Shown: in pieces, positions 27,601 through 42,900 of the stretch | How positions within the stretch are numbered: position 1 is the stretch's first letter | Layout of the letters: each line of letters starts with the position of its first letter | Assembly: GCA_964057225.1 (NCBI GenBank) | Contig: CAXKVF010000081.1 | Coordinates: 62,001 to 126,000, forward strand | Direction of reading: 5' to 3' | Origin: Auanema rhodensis | Taxonomy: Eukaryota; Animalia; Nematoda | Length of the DNA: 64,000 nt | Position numbers and translations under genes: made by a program | Notes under the pieces: model-generated | Databases searched by the model: none | Told to the model about the DNA's origin: nothing | Seen by the model: the letters and a program-made list of their open reading frames with translations, nothing else

Positions 27601-29040
27601 AGACTAATATGGACATGGGGAATCTAATTTTGAAAACCGCATCTCTTTATCTTTCACGTGAAGCGAGTTACATACCAAGTGCACATCACGTGTACATTTA
27701 ATTAGCATAAATTAAAGTTCACGTAAATTTCAAAGTCATGGTTACCATGCACCAATATCAATAAAAATTTGTTTTTAGACTAATATGGACATGGGGAATC
27801 TAATGTTGAAAACCGCATCTCTTTATCTTTCATGTGAAGCGAGTTACATACCAAGTGCACATCACGTGTACATTTAATTAGCATAAATTAAAGTTCACGT
27901 AAATTTCAAAGTCATGGTTACCATGAACCAATATCAATAAAAATTTGTTTTTAGACTAATATGGACATGGGGAATCAAATTTTGAAAACCGCATCTCTTT
28001 ATCTTTTACGGGAAGCGAGTTACATACCAAGTGCACATCACGTGTACATTTAATTAGCATAAATTAAAGTTCACGTAAATTTCAACGTCATGGTTACCAT
28101 GAACCAATATCAATACAAATTTGTTTTTAGACTAATATGGACATGGGGAATCTAATTTTGAAAACCGCATCACTTTATCTTTCACGTGAAGCGAGTTACA
28201 TACCAAGTGCACATCACGTGTACATTTAATTAGCATAAATTAAAGTTCACGTAAATTTCAAAGTCATGGTTACCATGAACCAATATCAATAAAAATTTGT
28301 TTTTAGACTAATATGTACATGGGGAATCTAATTTTGAAAACCGCATCTCTTTATCTTTCACGTGAAGCGAGTTACATACCAAGTGCACATCACGTGTACA
28401 TTTAATTAGCATAAATTAAAGTTCACGTAAAATTCAAAGTCATGGTTACCATGCACCAATATCAATAAAAATTTGTTTTTAGACTAATATGGACATGGGG
28501 AATCTAATTTTGAAAACCGCATCTCTTTATCTTTCACGTGAAGCGAGTTACATACCAAGTGCACATCACGTGTACATTTAATTAGCATAAATTAAAGTTC
28601 ACGTAAATTTCAAAGTCATGGTTACCATGAACCAATATCAATACAAATTTGTTTTTAGACTAATATGGACATGGGGAATCTAATGTTGAAAACCGCATCT
28701 CTTTATCTTTCACGTGAAGCGAGTTACATACCAAGTGCACATCACGTGTACATTTAATTAGCATAAATTAAAGTTCACGTAAATTTCAAAGTCATGGTTA
28801 CCATGAACCAATATCAATAAAAATTTGTTTTTAGACTAATATGGACATGGGGAATCTAATTTTGAAAACCGCATCTCTTTATCTTTCACGTGAAGCGAGT
28901 TACATACCAAGTGCACATCACGTGTACATTTAATTAGCATAAATTAAAGTTCACGTAAATTTCAAAGTCATGGTTACCATGCACCAATATCAATAAAAAT
29001 TTGTTTTTAGACTAATATGGACATGGGGAATCTAATGTTG

Positions 29041-32000
29041 AAAACCGCATCTCTTTATCTTTCATGTGAAGCGAGTTACATACCAAGTGCACATCACGTG
29101 TACATTTAATTAGCATAAATTAAAGTTCACGTAAATTTCAAAGTCATGGTTACCATGAACCAATATCAATAAAAATTTGTTTTTAGACTAATATGGACAT
29201 GGGGAATCAAATTTTGAAAACCGCATCTCTTTATCTTTTACGGGAAGCGAGTTACATACCAAGTGCACATCACGTGTACATTTAATTAGCATAAATTAAA
29301 GTTCACGTAAATTTCAAAGTCATGGTTACCATGCACCAATATCAATAAAAATTTGTTTTTAGACTAATATGCACATGGGGAATCTAATTTTGAAAACCGC
29401 ATCTCTTTATCTTTCACGTGAAGCGAGTTACATACCAAGTGCACATCACGTGTACATTTAATTAGCATAAATTAAAGTTCACGTAAATTTCAAAGTCATG
29501 GTTACCATGAACCAATATCAATAAAAATTTGTTTTTAGACTAATATGTACATGGGGAATCTAATTTTGAAAACCGCATCTCTTTATCTTTCACGTGAAGC
29601 GAGTTACATACCAAGTGCACATCACGTGTACATTTAATTAGCATAAATTAAAGTTCACGTAAAATTCAAAGTCATGGTTACCATGCACCAATATCAATAA
29701 AAATTTGTTTTTAGACTAATATGGACATGGGGAATCTAATTTTGAAAACCGCATCTCTTTATCTTTCACGTGAAGCGAGTTACATACCAAGTGCACATCA
29801 CGTGTACATTTAATTAGCATAAATTAAAGTTCACGTAAATTTCAAAGTCATGGTTACCATGCACCAATATCAATAAAAATTTGTTTTTAGACTAATATGG
29901 ACATGGGGAATCTAATTTTGAAAACCGCATCTCTTTATCTTTCACGTGAAGCGAGTTACATACCGAGTGCACATCACGTGTACAATTAATTAGCATAAAT
30001 TAAAGTTCACGTAAATTTCAAAGTCATGGTTACCATGAACCAATATCAATAAAAATTTGTTTTTAGACTAATATGGACATGGGGAATCTAATTTTGAAAA
30101 CCGCATCTCTTTATCTTTCACGTGAAGCGAGTTACATACCAAGTGCACATCACGTGTACATTTAATTAGCATAAATTAAAGTTCACGTAAATTTCAAAGT
30201 CATGGTTACCATGCACCAATATCAATAAAAATTTGTTTTTAGACTAATATGGACATGGGGAATCTAATTTTGAAAACCGCATCTCTTTATCTTTCACGTG
30301 AAGCGAGTTACATACCAAGAGCACATCACGTGTACATTTAATTAGCATGAATTAAAGTTCACGTAAATTTCAAAGTCATGGTTACCATGAACCAATATCA
30401 ATAAAAATTTGTTTTTAGACTAATATGGACATGGGGAATCTAATTTTGAAAACCGCATCTCTTTATCTTTCACGTGAAGCGAGTTACATACCAAGTGCAC
30501 ATCACGTGTACATTTAATAAGCATAAATTAAAGTTCACGTAAATTTCAAAGTCATGGTTACCATGCACCAATATCAATAAAAATTTTTTTTTAGACTAAT
30601 ATGGACATGGGGAATCTAATTTTGGAAACCGCATCTCTTTATCTTTCACGTGAAGCGAGTTACATACCGAGTGCACATCACGTGTACAATTAATTAGCAT
30701 AAATTAAAGTTCACGTAAATTTCAAAGTCATGGTTACCATGAACCAATATCAATAAAAATTTGTTTTTAGACTAATATGGACATGGGGAATCTAATTTTG
30801 AAAACCGCATCTCTTTATCTTTCACGTGAAGCGAGTTACATACCAAGTGCACATCACGTGTACATTTAATAAGCATAAATTAAAGTTCACGTAAATTTCA
30901 AAGTCATGGTTACCATGCACCAATATCAATAAAAATTTGTTTTTAGACTAATATGGACATGGGGAATCTAATTTTGAAAACCGCATCTCTTTATCTTTCA
31001 CGTGAAGCGAGTTACATACCAAGTGCACATCACGTGTACATTTAATTAGCATAAATTAAAGTTCACGTAAATTTCAAAGTCATGGTTACCATGAACCAAT
31101 ATCAATGAAAATTTGTTTTTAGACTAATATGGACATGGGGAATCAAATTTTGAAAACCGCATCTCTTTATCTTTCACGTGAAGCAAGTTACATACCAAGT
31201 GCACATCACGTGTACATTTAATTAGCATAAATTAAAGTTCACGTAAATTTCAAAGTCATGGTTACCATGCACCAATATCAATAAAAAATTGTTTTTAGAC
31301 TAATATGGACATGGGGAATCTAATTTTGAAAACCGCATCTCTTTATCTTTCACGTGAAGCGAGTTACATACCGAGTGCACATCACGTGTACAATTAATTA
31401 GCATAAATTAAAGTTCACGTAAATTTCAAAGTCATGGTTACCATGAACCAATATCAATAAAAATTTGTTTTTAGACTAATATGGACATGGGGAATCAAAT
31501 TTTGAAAACCGCATCTCTTTATCTTTCACGTGAAGCGAGTTACATACCAAGTGCACATCACGTGTACATTTAATTAGCATAAATTAAAGTTCACGTAAAT
31601 TTCAAAGTCATGGTTACCATGCACCAATATCAATAAAAATTTGTTTTTAGACTAATATGGACATGGGGAATCTAATGTTAAAAACCGCATCTCTTTATCT
31701 TTCACTTGAAGCGAGTTACATACCGAGTGCACATCACGTGTACAATTAATTAGCATAAATTAAAGTTCACGTAAATTTCAAAGTCATGGTTACCATGAAC
31801 CAATATCAATAAAAATTTGTTTTTAGACTAATATGGACATGGGGAATCTAATTTTGAAAACCGCATCTCTTTATCTTTCACGTGAAGCGAGTTACATACC
31901 AAGTGCACATCACGTGTACATTTAATTAGCATAAATTAAAGTTCACGTAAATTTCAAAGTCATGGTTACCATGCACCAATATCAATAAAAATTTGTTTTT

Positions 32001-35000
32001 AGACTAATATGGACATGGGGAATCTAATTTTGAAAACCGCATCTCTTTATCTTTCACGTGAAGCGAGTTACATACCAAGTGCACATCACGTGTACATTTA
32101 ATTAGCATAAATTAAAGTTCACGTAAATTTCAAAGTCATGGTTACCATGAACCAATATCAATAAAAATTTGTTTTTAGACTAATATGGACATGGGGAATC
32201 AAATTTTGAAAACCGCATCTCTTTATCTTTTACGGGAAGCGAGTTACATACCAAGTGCACATCACGTGTACATTTAATTAGCATAAATTAAAGTTCACGT
32301 AAATTTCAAAGTCATGGTTACCATGCACCAATATCAATAAAAATTTGTTTTTAGACTAATATGCACATGGGGAATCTAATTTTGAAAACCGCATCTCTTT
32401 ATCTTTCACGTGAAGCGAGTTACATACCAAGTGCACATCACGTGTACATTTAATTAGCATAAATTAAAGTTCACGTAAATTTCAAAGTCATGGTTACCAT
32501 GAACCAATATCAATAAAAATTTGTTTTTAGACTAATATGTACATGGGGAATCTAATTTTGAAAACCGCATCTCTTTATCTTTCACGTGAAGCGAGTTACA
32601 TACCAAGTGCACATCACGTGTACATTTAATTAGCATAAATTAAAGTTCACGTAAAATTCAAAGTCATGGTTACCATGCACCAATATCAATAAAAATTTGT
32701 TTTTAGACTAATATGGACATGGGGAATCTAATTTTGAAAACCGCATCTCTTTATCTTTCACGTGAAGCGAGTTACATACCAAGTGCACATCACGTGTACA
32801 TTTAATTAGCATAAATTAAAGTTCACGTAAATTTCAAAGTCATGGTTACCATGCACCAATATCAATAAAAATTTGTTTTTAGACTAATATGGACATGGGG
32901 AATCTAATTTTGAAAACCGCATCTCTTTATCTTTCACGTGAAGCGAGTTACATACCGAGTGCACATCACGTGTACAATTAATTAGCATAAATTAAAGTTC
33001 ACGTAAATTTCAAAGTCATGGTTACCATGAACCAATATCAATAAAAATTTGTTTTTAGACTAATATGGACATGGGGAATCTAATTTTGAAAACCGCATCT
33101 CTTTATCTTTCACGTGAAGCGAGTTACATACCAAGTGCACATCACGTGTACATTTAATTAGCATAAATTAAAGTTCACGTAAATTTCAAAGTCATGGTTA
33201 CCATGCACCAATATCAATAAAAATTTGTTTTTAGACTAATATGGACATGGGGAATCTAATTTTGAAAACCGCATCTCTTTATCTTTCACGTGAAGCGAGT
33301 TACATACCAAGAGCACATCACGTGTACATTTAATTAGCATAAATTAAAGTTCACGTAAATTTCAAAGTCATGGTTACCATGAACCAATATCAATAAAAAT
33401 TTGTTTTTAGACTAATATGGACATGGGGAATCTAATTTTGAAAACCGCATCTCTTTATCTTTCACGTGAAGCGAGTTACATACCAAGTGCACATCACGTG
33501 TACATTTAATAAGCATAAATTAAAGTTCACGTAAATTTCAAAGTCATGGTTACCATGCACCAATATCAATAAAAATTTTTTTTTAGACTAATATGGACAT
33601 GGGGAATCTAATTTTGGAAACCGCATCTCTTTATCTTTCACGTGAAGCGAGTTACATACCGAGTGCACATCACGTGTACAATTAATTAGCATAAATTAAA
33701 GTTCACGTAAATTTCAAAGTCATGGTTACCATGAACCAATATCAATAAAAATTTGTTTTTAGACTAATATGGACATGGGGAATCTAATTTTGAAAACCGC
33801 ATCTCTTTATCTTTCACGTGAAGCGAGTTACATACCAAGTGCACATCACGTGTACATTTAATAAGCATAAATTAAAGTTCACGTAAATTTCAAAGTCATG
33901 GTTACCATGCACCAATATCAATAAAAATTTGTTTTTAGACTAATATGGACATGGGGAATCTAATTTTGAAAACCGCATCTCTTTATCTTTCACGTGAAGC
34001 GAGTTACATACCAAGTGCACATCACGTGTACATTTAATTAGCATAAATTAAAGTTCACGTAAATTTCAAAGTCATGGTTACCATGAACCAATATCAATGA
34101 AAATTTGTTTTTAGACTAATATGGACATGGGGAATCAAATTTTGAAAACCGCATCTCTTTATCTTTCACGTGAAGCAAGTTACATACCAAGTGCACATCA
34201 CGTGTACATTTAATTAGCATAAATTAAAGTTCACGTAAATTTCAAAGTCATGGTTACCATGCACCAATATCAATAAAAAATTGTTTTTAGACTAATATGG
34301 ACATGGGGAATCTAATTTTGAAAACCGCATCTCTTTATCTTTCACGTGAAGCGAGTTACATACCGAGTGCACATCACGTGTACAATTAATTAGCATAAAT
34401 TAAAGTTCACGTAAATTTCAAAGTCATGGTTACCATGAACCAATATCAATAAAAATTTGTTTTTAGACTAATATGGACATGGGGAATCAAATTTTGAAAA
34501 CCGCATCTCTTTATCTTTCACGTGAAGCGAGTTACATACCAAGTGCACATCACGTGTACATTTAATTAGCATAAATTAAAGTTCACGTAAATTTCAAAGT
34601 CATGGTTACCATGCACCAATATCAATAAAAATTTGTTTTTAGACTAATATGGACATGGGGAATCTAATGTTAAAAACCGCATCTCTTTATCTTTCACGTG
34701 AAGCGAGTTACATACCGAGTGCACATCACGTGTACAATTAATTAGCATAAATTAAAGTTCACGTAAATTTCAAAGTCATGGTTACCATGAACCAATATCA
34801 ATAAAAATTTGTTTTTAGACTAATATGGACATGGGGAATCTAATTTTGAAAACCGCATCTCTTTATCTTTCACGTGAAGCGAGTTACATACCAAGTGCAC
34901 ATCACGTGTACATTTAATTAGCATAAATTAAAGTTCACGTAAATTTCAAAGTCATGGTTACCATGCACCAATATCAATAAAAATTTGTTTTTAGACTAAT

Positions 35001-35024
35001 ATGGACATGGGGAATCTAATTTTG
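29041..35024. repeat. Tandem duplication of a 17-monomer (2992-bp) block
   Basis: Monomers 166-182 match 183-199 in variant order. They share A1G (30625 and 33617), which I saw nowhere else. Confidence 0.85.
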
Positions 35025-38000
35025 AAAACCGCATCTCTTTATCTTTCACGTGAAGCGAGTTACATACCAAGTGCACATCACGTGTACATTTAATTAGCAT
35101 AAATTAAAGTTCACGTAAATTTCAAAGTCATGGTTACCATGCACCAATATCAATAAAAAATTGTTTTTAGACTAATATGGACATGGGGAATCTAATTTTG
35201 AAAACCGCATCTCTTTATCTTTCACGTGAAGCGAGTTACATACCAAGTGCACATCACGTGTACATTTAATTAGCATAAATTAAAGTTCACGTAAATTTCA
35301 AAGTCATGGTTACCATGCACCAATATCAATAAAAAATTGTTTTTAGACTAATATGGACATGGGGAATCTAATTTTGAAAACCGCATCTCTTTATCTTTCA
35401 CGTGAAGCGAGTTACATACCGAGTGCACATCACGTGTACAATTAATTAGCATAAATTAAAGTTCACGTAAATTTCAAAGTCATGGTTACCATGAACCAAT
35501 ATCAATAAAAATTTGTTTTTAGACTAATATGGACATGGGGAATCAAATTTTGAAAACCGCATCTCTTTATCTTTTACGTGAAGCGAGTTACATACCAAGT
35601 GCACATCACGTGTACATTTAATTAGCATAAATTAAAGTTCACGTAAATTTCAAAGTCATGGTTACCATGCACCAATATCAATAAAAATTTGTTTTTAGAC
35701 TAATATGCACATGGGGAATCTAATTTTGAAAACCGCATCTCTTTATCTTTCACGTGAAGCGAGTTACATACCAAGTGCACATCACGTGTACATTTAATTA
35801 GCATAAATTAAAGTTCACGTAAATTTCAAAGTCATGGTTACCATGAACCAATATCAATAAAAATTTGTTTTTAGACTAATATGGACATGGGGAATCAAAT
35901 TTTGAAAACCGCATCTCTTTATCTTTTACGTGAAGCAAGTTACATACCAAGTGCACATCACGTGTACATTTAATTAGCATAAATTAAAGTTCACGTAAAT
36001 TTCAAAGTCATGGTTACCATGCACCAATATCAATAAAAATTTGTTTTTAGACTAATATGCACATGGGGAATCTAATTTTGAAAACCGCATCTCTTTATCT
36101 TTCACGTGAAGCGAGTTACATACCAAGTGCACATCACGTGTACATTTAATTAGCATAAATTAAAGTTCACGTAAATTTCAAAGTCATGGTTACCATGAAC
36201 CAATATCAATAAAAATTTGTTTTTAGACTAATATGGACATGGGGAATCAAATTTTGAATACCGCATCTCTTTATCTTTTACGTGAAGCGAGTTACATACC
36301 AAGTGCACATCACGTGTACATTTAATTAGCATAAATTAAAGTTCACGTAAATTTCAAAGTCATGGTTACCATGAACCAATATCAATAAAAATTTGTTTTT
36401 AGACTAATATGGACATGGGGAATCAAATTTTGAATACCGCATCTCTTTATCTTTTACGTGAAGCGAGTTACATACCAAGTGCACATCACGTGTACATTTA
36501 ATTAGCATAAATTAAAGTTCACGTAAATTTCAAAGTCATGGTTACCATGAACCAATATCAATAAAAATTTGTTTTTAGACTAATATGGACATGGGGAATC
36601 AAATTTTGAATACCGCATCTCTTTATCTTTTACGTGAAGCGAGTTACATACCAAGTGCACATCACGTGTACATTTAATTAGCATAAATTAAAGTTCACGT
36701 AAATTTCAAAGTCATGGTTACCATGAACCAATATCAATAAAAATTTGTTTTTAGACTAATATGGACATGGGGAATCAAATTTTGAAAACCGCATCTCTTT
36801 ATCTTTCACGTGAAGCGAGTTACATACCAAGTGCACATCACGTGTACATTTAATTAGCATAAATTAAAGTTCACGTAAATTTCAAAGTCATGGTTACCAT
36901 GCACCAATATCAATAAAAATCTGTTTTTAGACTAATATGGACATGGGGAATCTAATTTTGAAAACCGCATCTCTTTATCTTTCACGTGAAGCGAGTTACA
37001 TACCAAGTGCACATCACGTGTACATTTAATTAGCATAAATTAAAGTTCACGTAAATTTCAAAGTCATGGTTACCATGCACCAATATCAATAAAAATTTGT
37101 TTTTAGACTAATATGGACATGGGGAATCTAATTTTGAAAACCGCATCTCTTTATCTTTCACGTGAAGCGAGTTACATATCAAGTGCACATCACGTGTACA
37201 TTTAATTAGCATAAATTAAAGTTCACGTAAATTTCAAAGTCATGGTTACCATTAACCAATATCAATAAAAATTTGTTTTTAGACTAATATGGACATGGGG
37301 AATCTAATTTTGAAAACCGCATCTCTTTATCTTTCAAGTGAAGCGAGTTACATACCAAGTGCACATCACGTGTACATTTAATTAGCATAAATTAAAGTTC
37401 ACGTAAATTTCAAAGTCATGGTTACCATGAACCAATATCAATAAAAATTTGTTTTTAGACTAATATGGACATGGGGAATCTAATTTTGAAAACCGCATCT
37501 CTTTATCTTTCACGTGAAGCGAGTTACATACCAAGTGCACATCACGTGTACATTTAATTAGCATAAATTAAAGTTCACGTAAATTTCAAAGTCATGGTTA
37601 CCATGCACCAATATCAATAAAAATTTGTTTTTAGACTAATATGGACATGGGGAATCTAATTTTGAAAACCGCATCTCTTTATCTTTCACGTGAAGCGAGT
37701 TACATATCAAGTGCACATCACGTGTACATTTAATTAGCATAAATTAAAGTTCACGTAAATTTCAAAGTCATGGTTACCATTAACCAATATCAATAAAAAT
37801 TTGTTTTTAGACTAATATGGACATGGGGAATCTAATTTTGAAAACCGCATCTCTTTATCTTTCAAGTGAAGCGAGTTACATACCAAGTGCACATCACGTG
37901 TACATTTAATTAGCATAAATTAAAGTTCACGTAAATTTCAAAGTCATGGTTACCATGCACCAATATCAATAAAAATTTGTTTTTAGACTAATATGGACAT

Positions 38001-39952
38001 GGGGAATCTAATTTTGAAAACCGCATCTCTTTATCTTTCACGTGAAGCGAGTTACATACCAAGTGCACATCACGTGTACATTTAATTAGCATAAATTAAA
38101 GTTCACGTAAATTTCAAAGTCATGGTTACCATGCACCAATATCAATAAAAATTTGTTTTTAGACTAATATGGACATGGGGAATCTAATTTTGAAAACCGC
38201 ATCTCTTTATCTTTCACGTGAAGCGAGTTACATACCAAGAGCACATCACGTGTACATTTAATTAGCATAAATTAAAGTTCACGTAAATTTCAAAGTCATG
38301 GTTACCATGAACCAATATCAATAAAAATTTGTTTTTAGACTAATATGTACATGGGGAATCTAATTTTGAAAACCGCATCTCTTTATCTTTCACGTGAAGC
38401 GAGTTACATACCAAGTGCACATCACGTGTACATTTAATTAGCATAAATTAAAGTTCACGTAAATTTCAAAGTCATGGTTACCATGCACCAATATCAATAA
38501 AAATTTGTTTTTAGACTAATATGGACATGGGGAATCTAATTTTGAAAACCGCATCTCTTTATCTTTCACGTGAAGCGAGTTACATACCAAGTGCACATCA
38601 CGTGTACATTTAATTAGCATAAATTAAAGTTCACGTAAATTTCAAAGTCATGGTTACCATGAACCAATATCAATAAAAATTTGTTTTTAGACTAATATGG
38701 ACATGGGGAATCTAATTTTGAAAACCGCATCACTTTATCTTTCACGTGTAGCGAGTTACATACCAAGTGCACATCACGTGTACATTTAATTAGCATAAAT
38801 TAAAGTTCACGTAAATTTCAAAGTCATGGTTACCATGCACCAATATCAATAAAAATTTGTTTTTAGACTAATATGGACATGGGGAATCTAATTTTGAAAA
38901 CCGCATCTCTTTATATTTCACGTGAAGCGAGTTACATACCGAGTGCACATCACGTGTACATTTAATTAGCATAAATTAAAGTTCACGTAAATTTCAAAGT
39001 CATGGTTACCATGAACCAATATCAATAAAAATTTGTTTTTAGACTAATATGGACATGGGGAATCTAATTTTGAAAACCGCATCTCTTTATCTTTCACGTG
39101 AAGCGAGTTACATACCAAGTGCACATCACGTGTACATTTAATTAGCATAAATTAAAGTTCACGTAAATTTCAAAGTCATGGTTACCATGCACCAATATCA
39201 ATAAAAATTTGTTTTTAGACTAATATGGACATGGGGAATCTAATTTTGAAAACCGCATCTCTTTATCTTCCACGTGAAGCGAGTTATATACCAAGTGCAC
39301 ATCACGTGTACATTTAATTAGCATAAATTAAAGTTCACGTAAATTTCAAAGTCATGGTTACCATGAACCAATATCAATAAAAATTTGTTTTTAGACTAAT
39401 ATGTACATGGGGAATCTAATTTTGAAAACCGCATCTCTTTATCTTTCACGTGAAGCGAGTTACATACCAAGTGCACATCACGTGTACATTTAATTAGCAT
39501 AAATTAAAGTTCACGTAAATTTCAAAGTCATGGTTACCATGCACCAATATCAATAAAAATTTGTTTTTAGACTAATATGGACATGGGGAATCTAATTTTG
39601 AAAACCGCATCTCTTTATATTTCACGTGAAGCGAGTTACATACCGAGTGCACATCACGTGTACATTTAATTAGCATAAATTAAAGTTCACGTAAATTTCA
39701 AAGTCATGGTTACCATGAACCAATATCAATAAAAATTTGTTTTTAGACTAATATGGACATGGGGAATCTAATTTTGAAAACCGCATCTCTTTATCTTTCA
39801 CGTGAAGCGAGTTACATACCAAGTGCACATCACGTGTACATTTAATTAGCATAAATTAAAGTTCACGTAAATTTCAACGTCATGGTTACCATGAACCAAT
39901 ATCAATACAAATTTGTTTTTAGACTAATATGGACATGGGGAATCTAATTTTG

Positions 39953-42900
39953 AAAACCGCATCACTTTATCTTTCACGTGAAGCGAGTTACATACCAAGT
40001 GCACATCACGTGTACATTTAATTAGCATAAATTAAAGTTCACGTAAATTTCAAAGTCATGGTTACCATGAACCAATATCAATAAAAATTTGTTTTTAGAC
40101 TAATATGTACATGGGGAATCTAATTTTGAAAACCGCATCTCTTTATCTTTCACGTGAAGCGAGTTACATACCAAGTGCACATCACGTGTACATTTAATTA
40201 GCATAAATTAAAGTTCACGTAAAATTCAAAGTCATGGTTACCATGCACCAATATCAATAAAAATTTGTTTTTAGACTAATATGGACATGGGGAATCTAAT
40301 TTTGAAAACCGCATCTCTTTATCTTTCACGTGAAGCGAGTTACATACCAAGTGCACATCACGTGTACATTTAATTAGCATAAATTAAAGTTCACGTAAAT
40401 TTCAAAGTCATGGTTACCATGAACCAATATCAATACAAATTTGTTTTTAGACTAATATGGACATGGGGAATCTAATGTTGAAAACCGCATCTCTTTATCT
40501 TTCACGTGAAGCGAGTTACATACCAAGTGCACATCACGTGTACATTTAATTAGCATAAATTAAAGTTCACGTAAATTTCAAAGTCATGGTTACCATGAAC
40601 CAATATCAATAAAAATTTGTTTTTAGACTAATATGGACATGGGGAATCTAATTTTGAAAACCGCATCTCTTTATCTTTCACGTGAAGCGAGTTACATACC
40701 AAGTGCACATCACGTGTACATTTAATTAGCATAAATTAAAGTTCACGTAAATTTCAAAGTCATGGTTACCATGCACCAATATCAATAAAAATTTGTTTTT
40801 AGACTAATATGGACATGGGGAATCTAATGTTGAAAACCGCATCTCTTTATCTTTCATGTGAAGCGAGTTACATACCAAGTGCACATCACGTGTACATTTA
40901 ATTAGCATAAATTAAAGTTCACGTAAATTTCAAAGTCATGGTTACCATGAACCAATATCAATAAAAATTTGTTTTTAGACTAATATGGACATGGGGAATC
41001 AAATTTTGAAAACCGCATCTCTTTATCTTTTACGGGAAGCGAGTTACATACCAAGTGCACATCACGTGTACATTTAATTAGCATAAATTAAAGTTCACGT
41101 AAATTTCAAAGTCATGGTTACCATGCACCAATATCAATAAAAATTTGTTTTTAGACTAATATGCACATGGGGAATCTAATTTTGAAAACCGCATCTCTTT
41201 ATCTTTCACGTGAAGCGAGTTACATACCAAGTGCACATCACGTGTACATTTAATTAGCATAAATTAAAGTTCACGTAAATTTCAAAGTCATGGTTACCAT
41301 GAACCAATATCAATAAAAATTTGTTTTTAGACTAATATGTACATGGGGAATCTAATTTTGAAAACCGCATCTCTTTATCTTTCACGTGAAGCGAGTTACA
41401 TACCAAGTGCACATCACGTGTACATTTAATTAGCATAAATTAAAGTTCACGTAAAATTCAAAGTCATGGTTACCATGCACCAATATCAATAAAAATTTGT
41501 TTTTAGACTAATATGGACATGGGGAATCTAATTTTGAAAACCGCATCTCTTTATCTTTCACGTGAAGCGAGTTACATACCAAGTGCACATCACGTGTACA
41601 TTTAATTAGCATAAATTAAAGTTCACGTAAATTTCAAAGTCATGGTTACCATGCACCAATATCAATAAAAATTTGTTTTTAGACTAATATGGACATGGGG
41701 AATCTAATTTTGAAAACCGCATCTCTTTATCTTTCACGTGAAGCGAGTTACATACCGAGTGCACATCACGTGTACAATTAATTAGCATAAATTAAAGTTC
41801 ACGTAAATTTCAAAGTCATGGTTACCATGAACCAATATCAATAAAAATTTGTTTTTAGACTAATATGGACATGGGGAATCTAATTTTGAAAACCGCATCT
41901 CTTTATCTTTCACGTGAAGCGAGTTACATACCAAGTGCACATCACGTGTACATTTAATTAGCATAAATTAAAGTTCACGTAAATTTCAAAGTCATGGTTA
42001 CCATGCACCAATATCAATAAAAATTTGTTTTTAGACTAATATGGACATGGGGAATCTAATTTTGAAAACCGCATCTCTTTATCTTTCACGTGAAGCGAGT
42101 TACATACCAAGTGCACATCACGTGTACATTTAATTAGCATAAATTAAAGTTCACGTAAATTTCAAAGTCATGGTTACCATGAACCAATATCAATAAAAAT
42201 TTGTTTTTAGACTAATATGTACATGGGGAATCTAATTTTGAAAACCGCATCTCTTTATCTTTCACGTGAAGCGAGTTACATACCAAGTGCACATCACGTG
42301 TACATTTAATTAGCATAAATTAAAGTTCACGTAAAATTCAAAGTCATGGTTACCATGCACCAATATCAATAAAAATTTGTTTTTAGACTAATATGGACAT
42401 GGGGAATCTAATTTTGAAAACCGCATCTCTTTATCTTTCACGTGAAGCGAGTTACATACCAAGTGCACATCACGTGTACATTTAATTAGCATAAATTAAA
42501 GTTCACGTAAATTTCAAAGTCATGGTTACCATGAACCAATATCAATACAAATTTGTTTTTAGACTAATATGGACATGGGGAATCTAATGTTGAAAACCGC
42601 ATCTCTTTATCTTTCACGTGAAGCGAGTTACATACCAAGTGCACATCACGTGTACATTTAATTAGCATAAATTAAAGTTCACGTAAATTTCAAAGTCATG
42701 GTTACCATGAACCAATATCAATAAAAATTTGTTTTTAGACTAATATGGACATGGGGAATCTAATTTTGAAAACCGCATCTCTTTATCTTTCACGTGAAGC
42801 GAGTTACATACCAAGTGCACATCACGTGTACATTTAATTAGCATAAATTAAAGTTCACGTAAATTTCAAAGTCATGGTTACCATGCACCAATATCAATAA

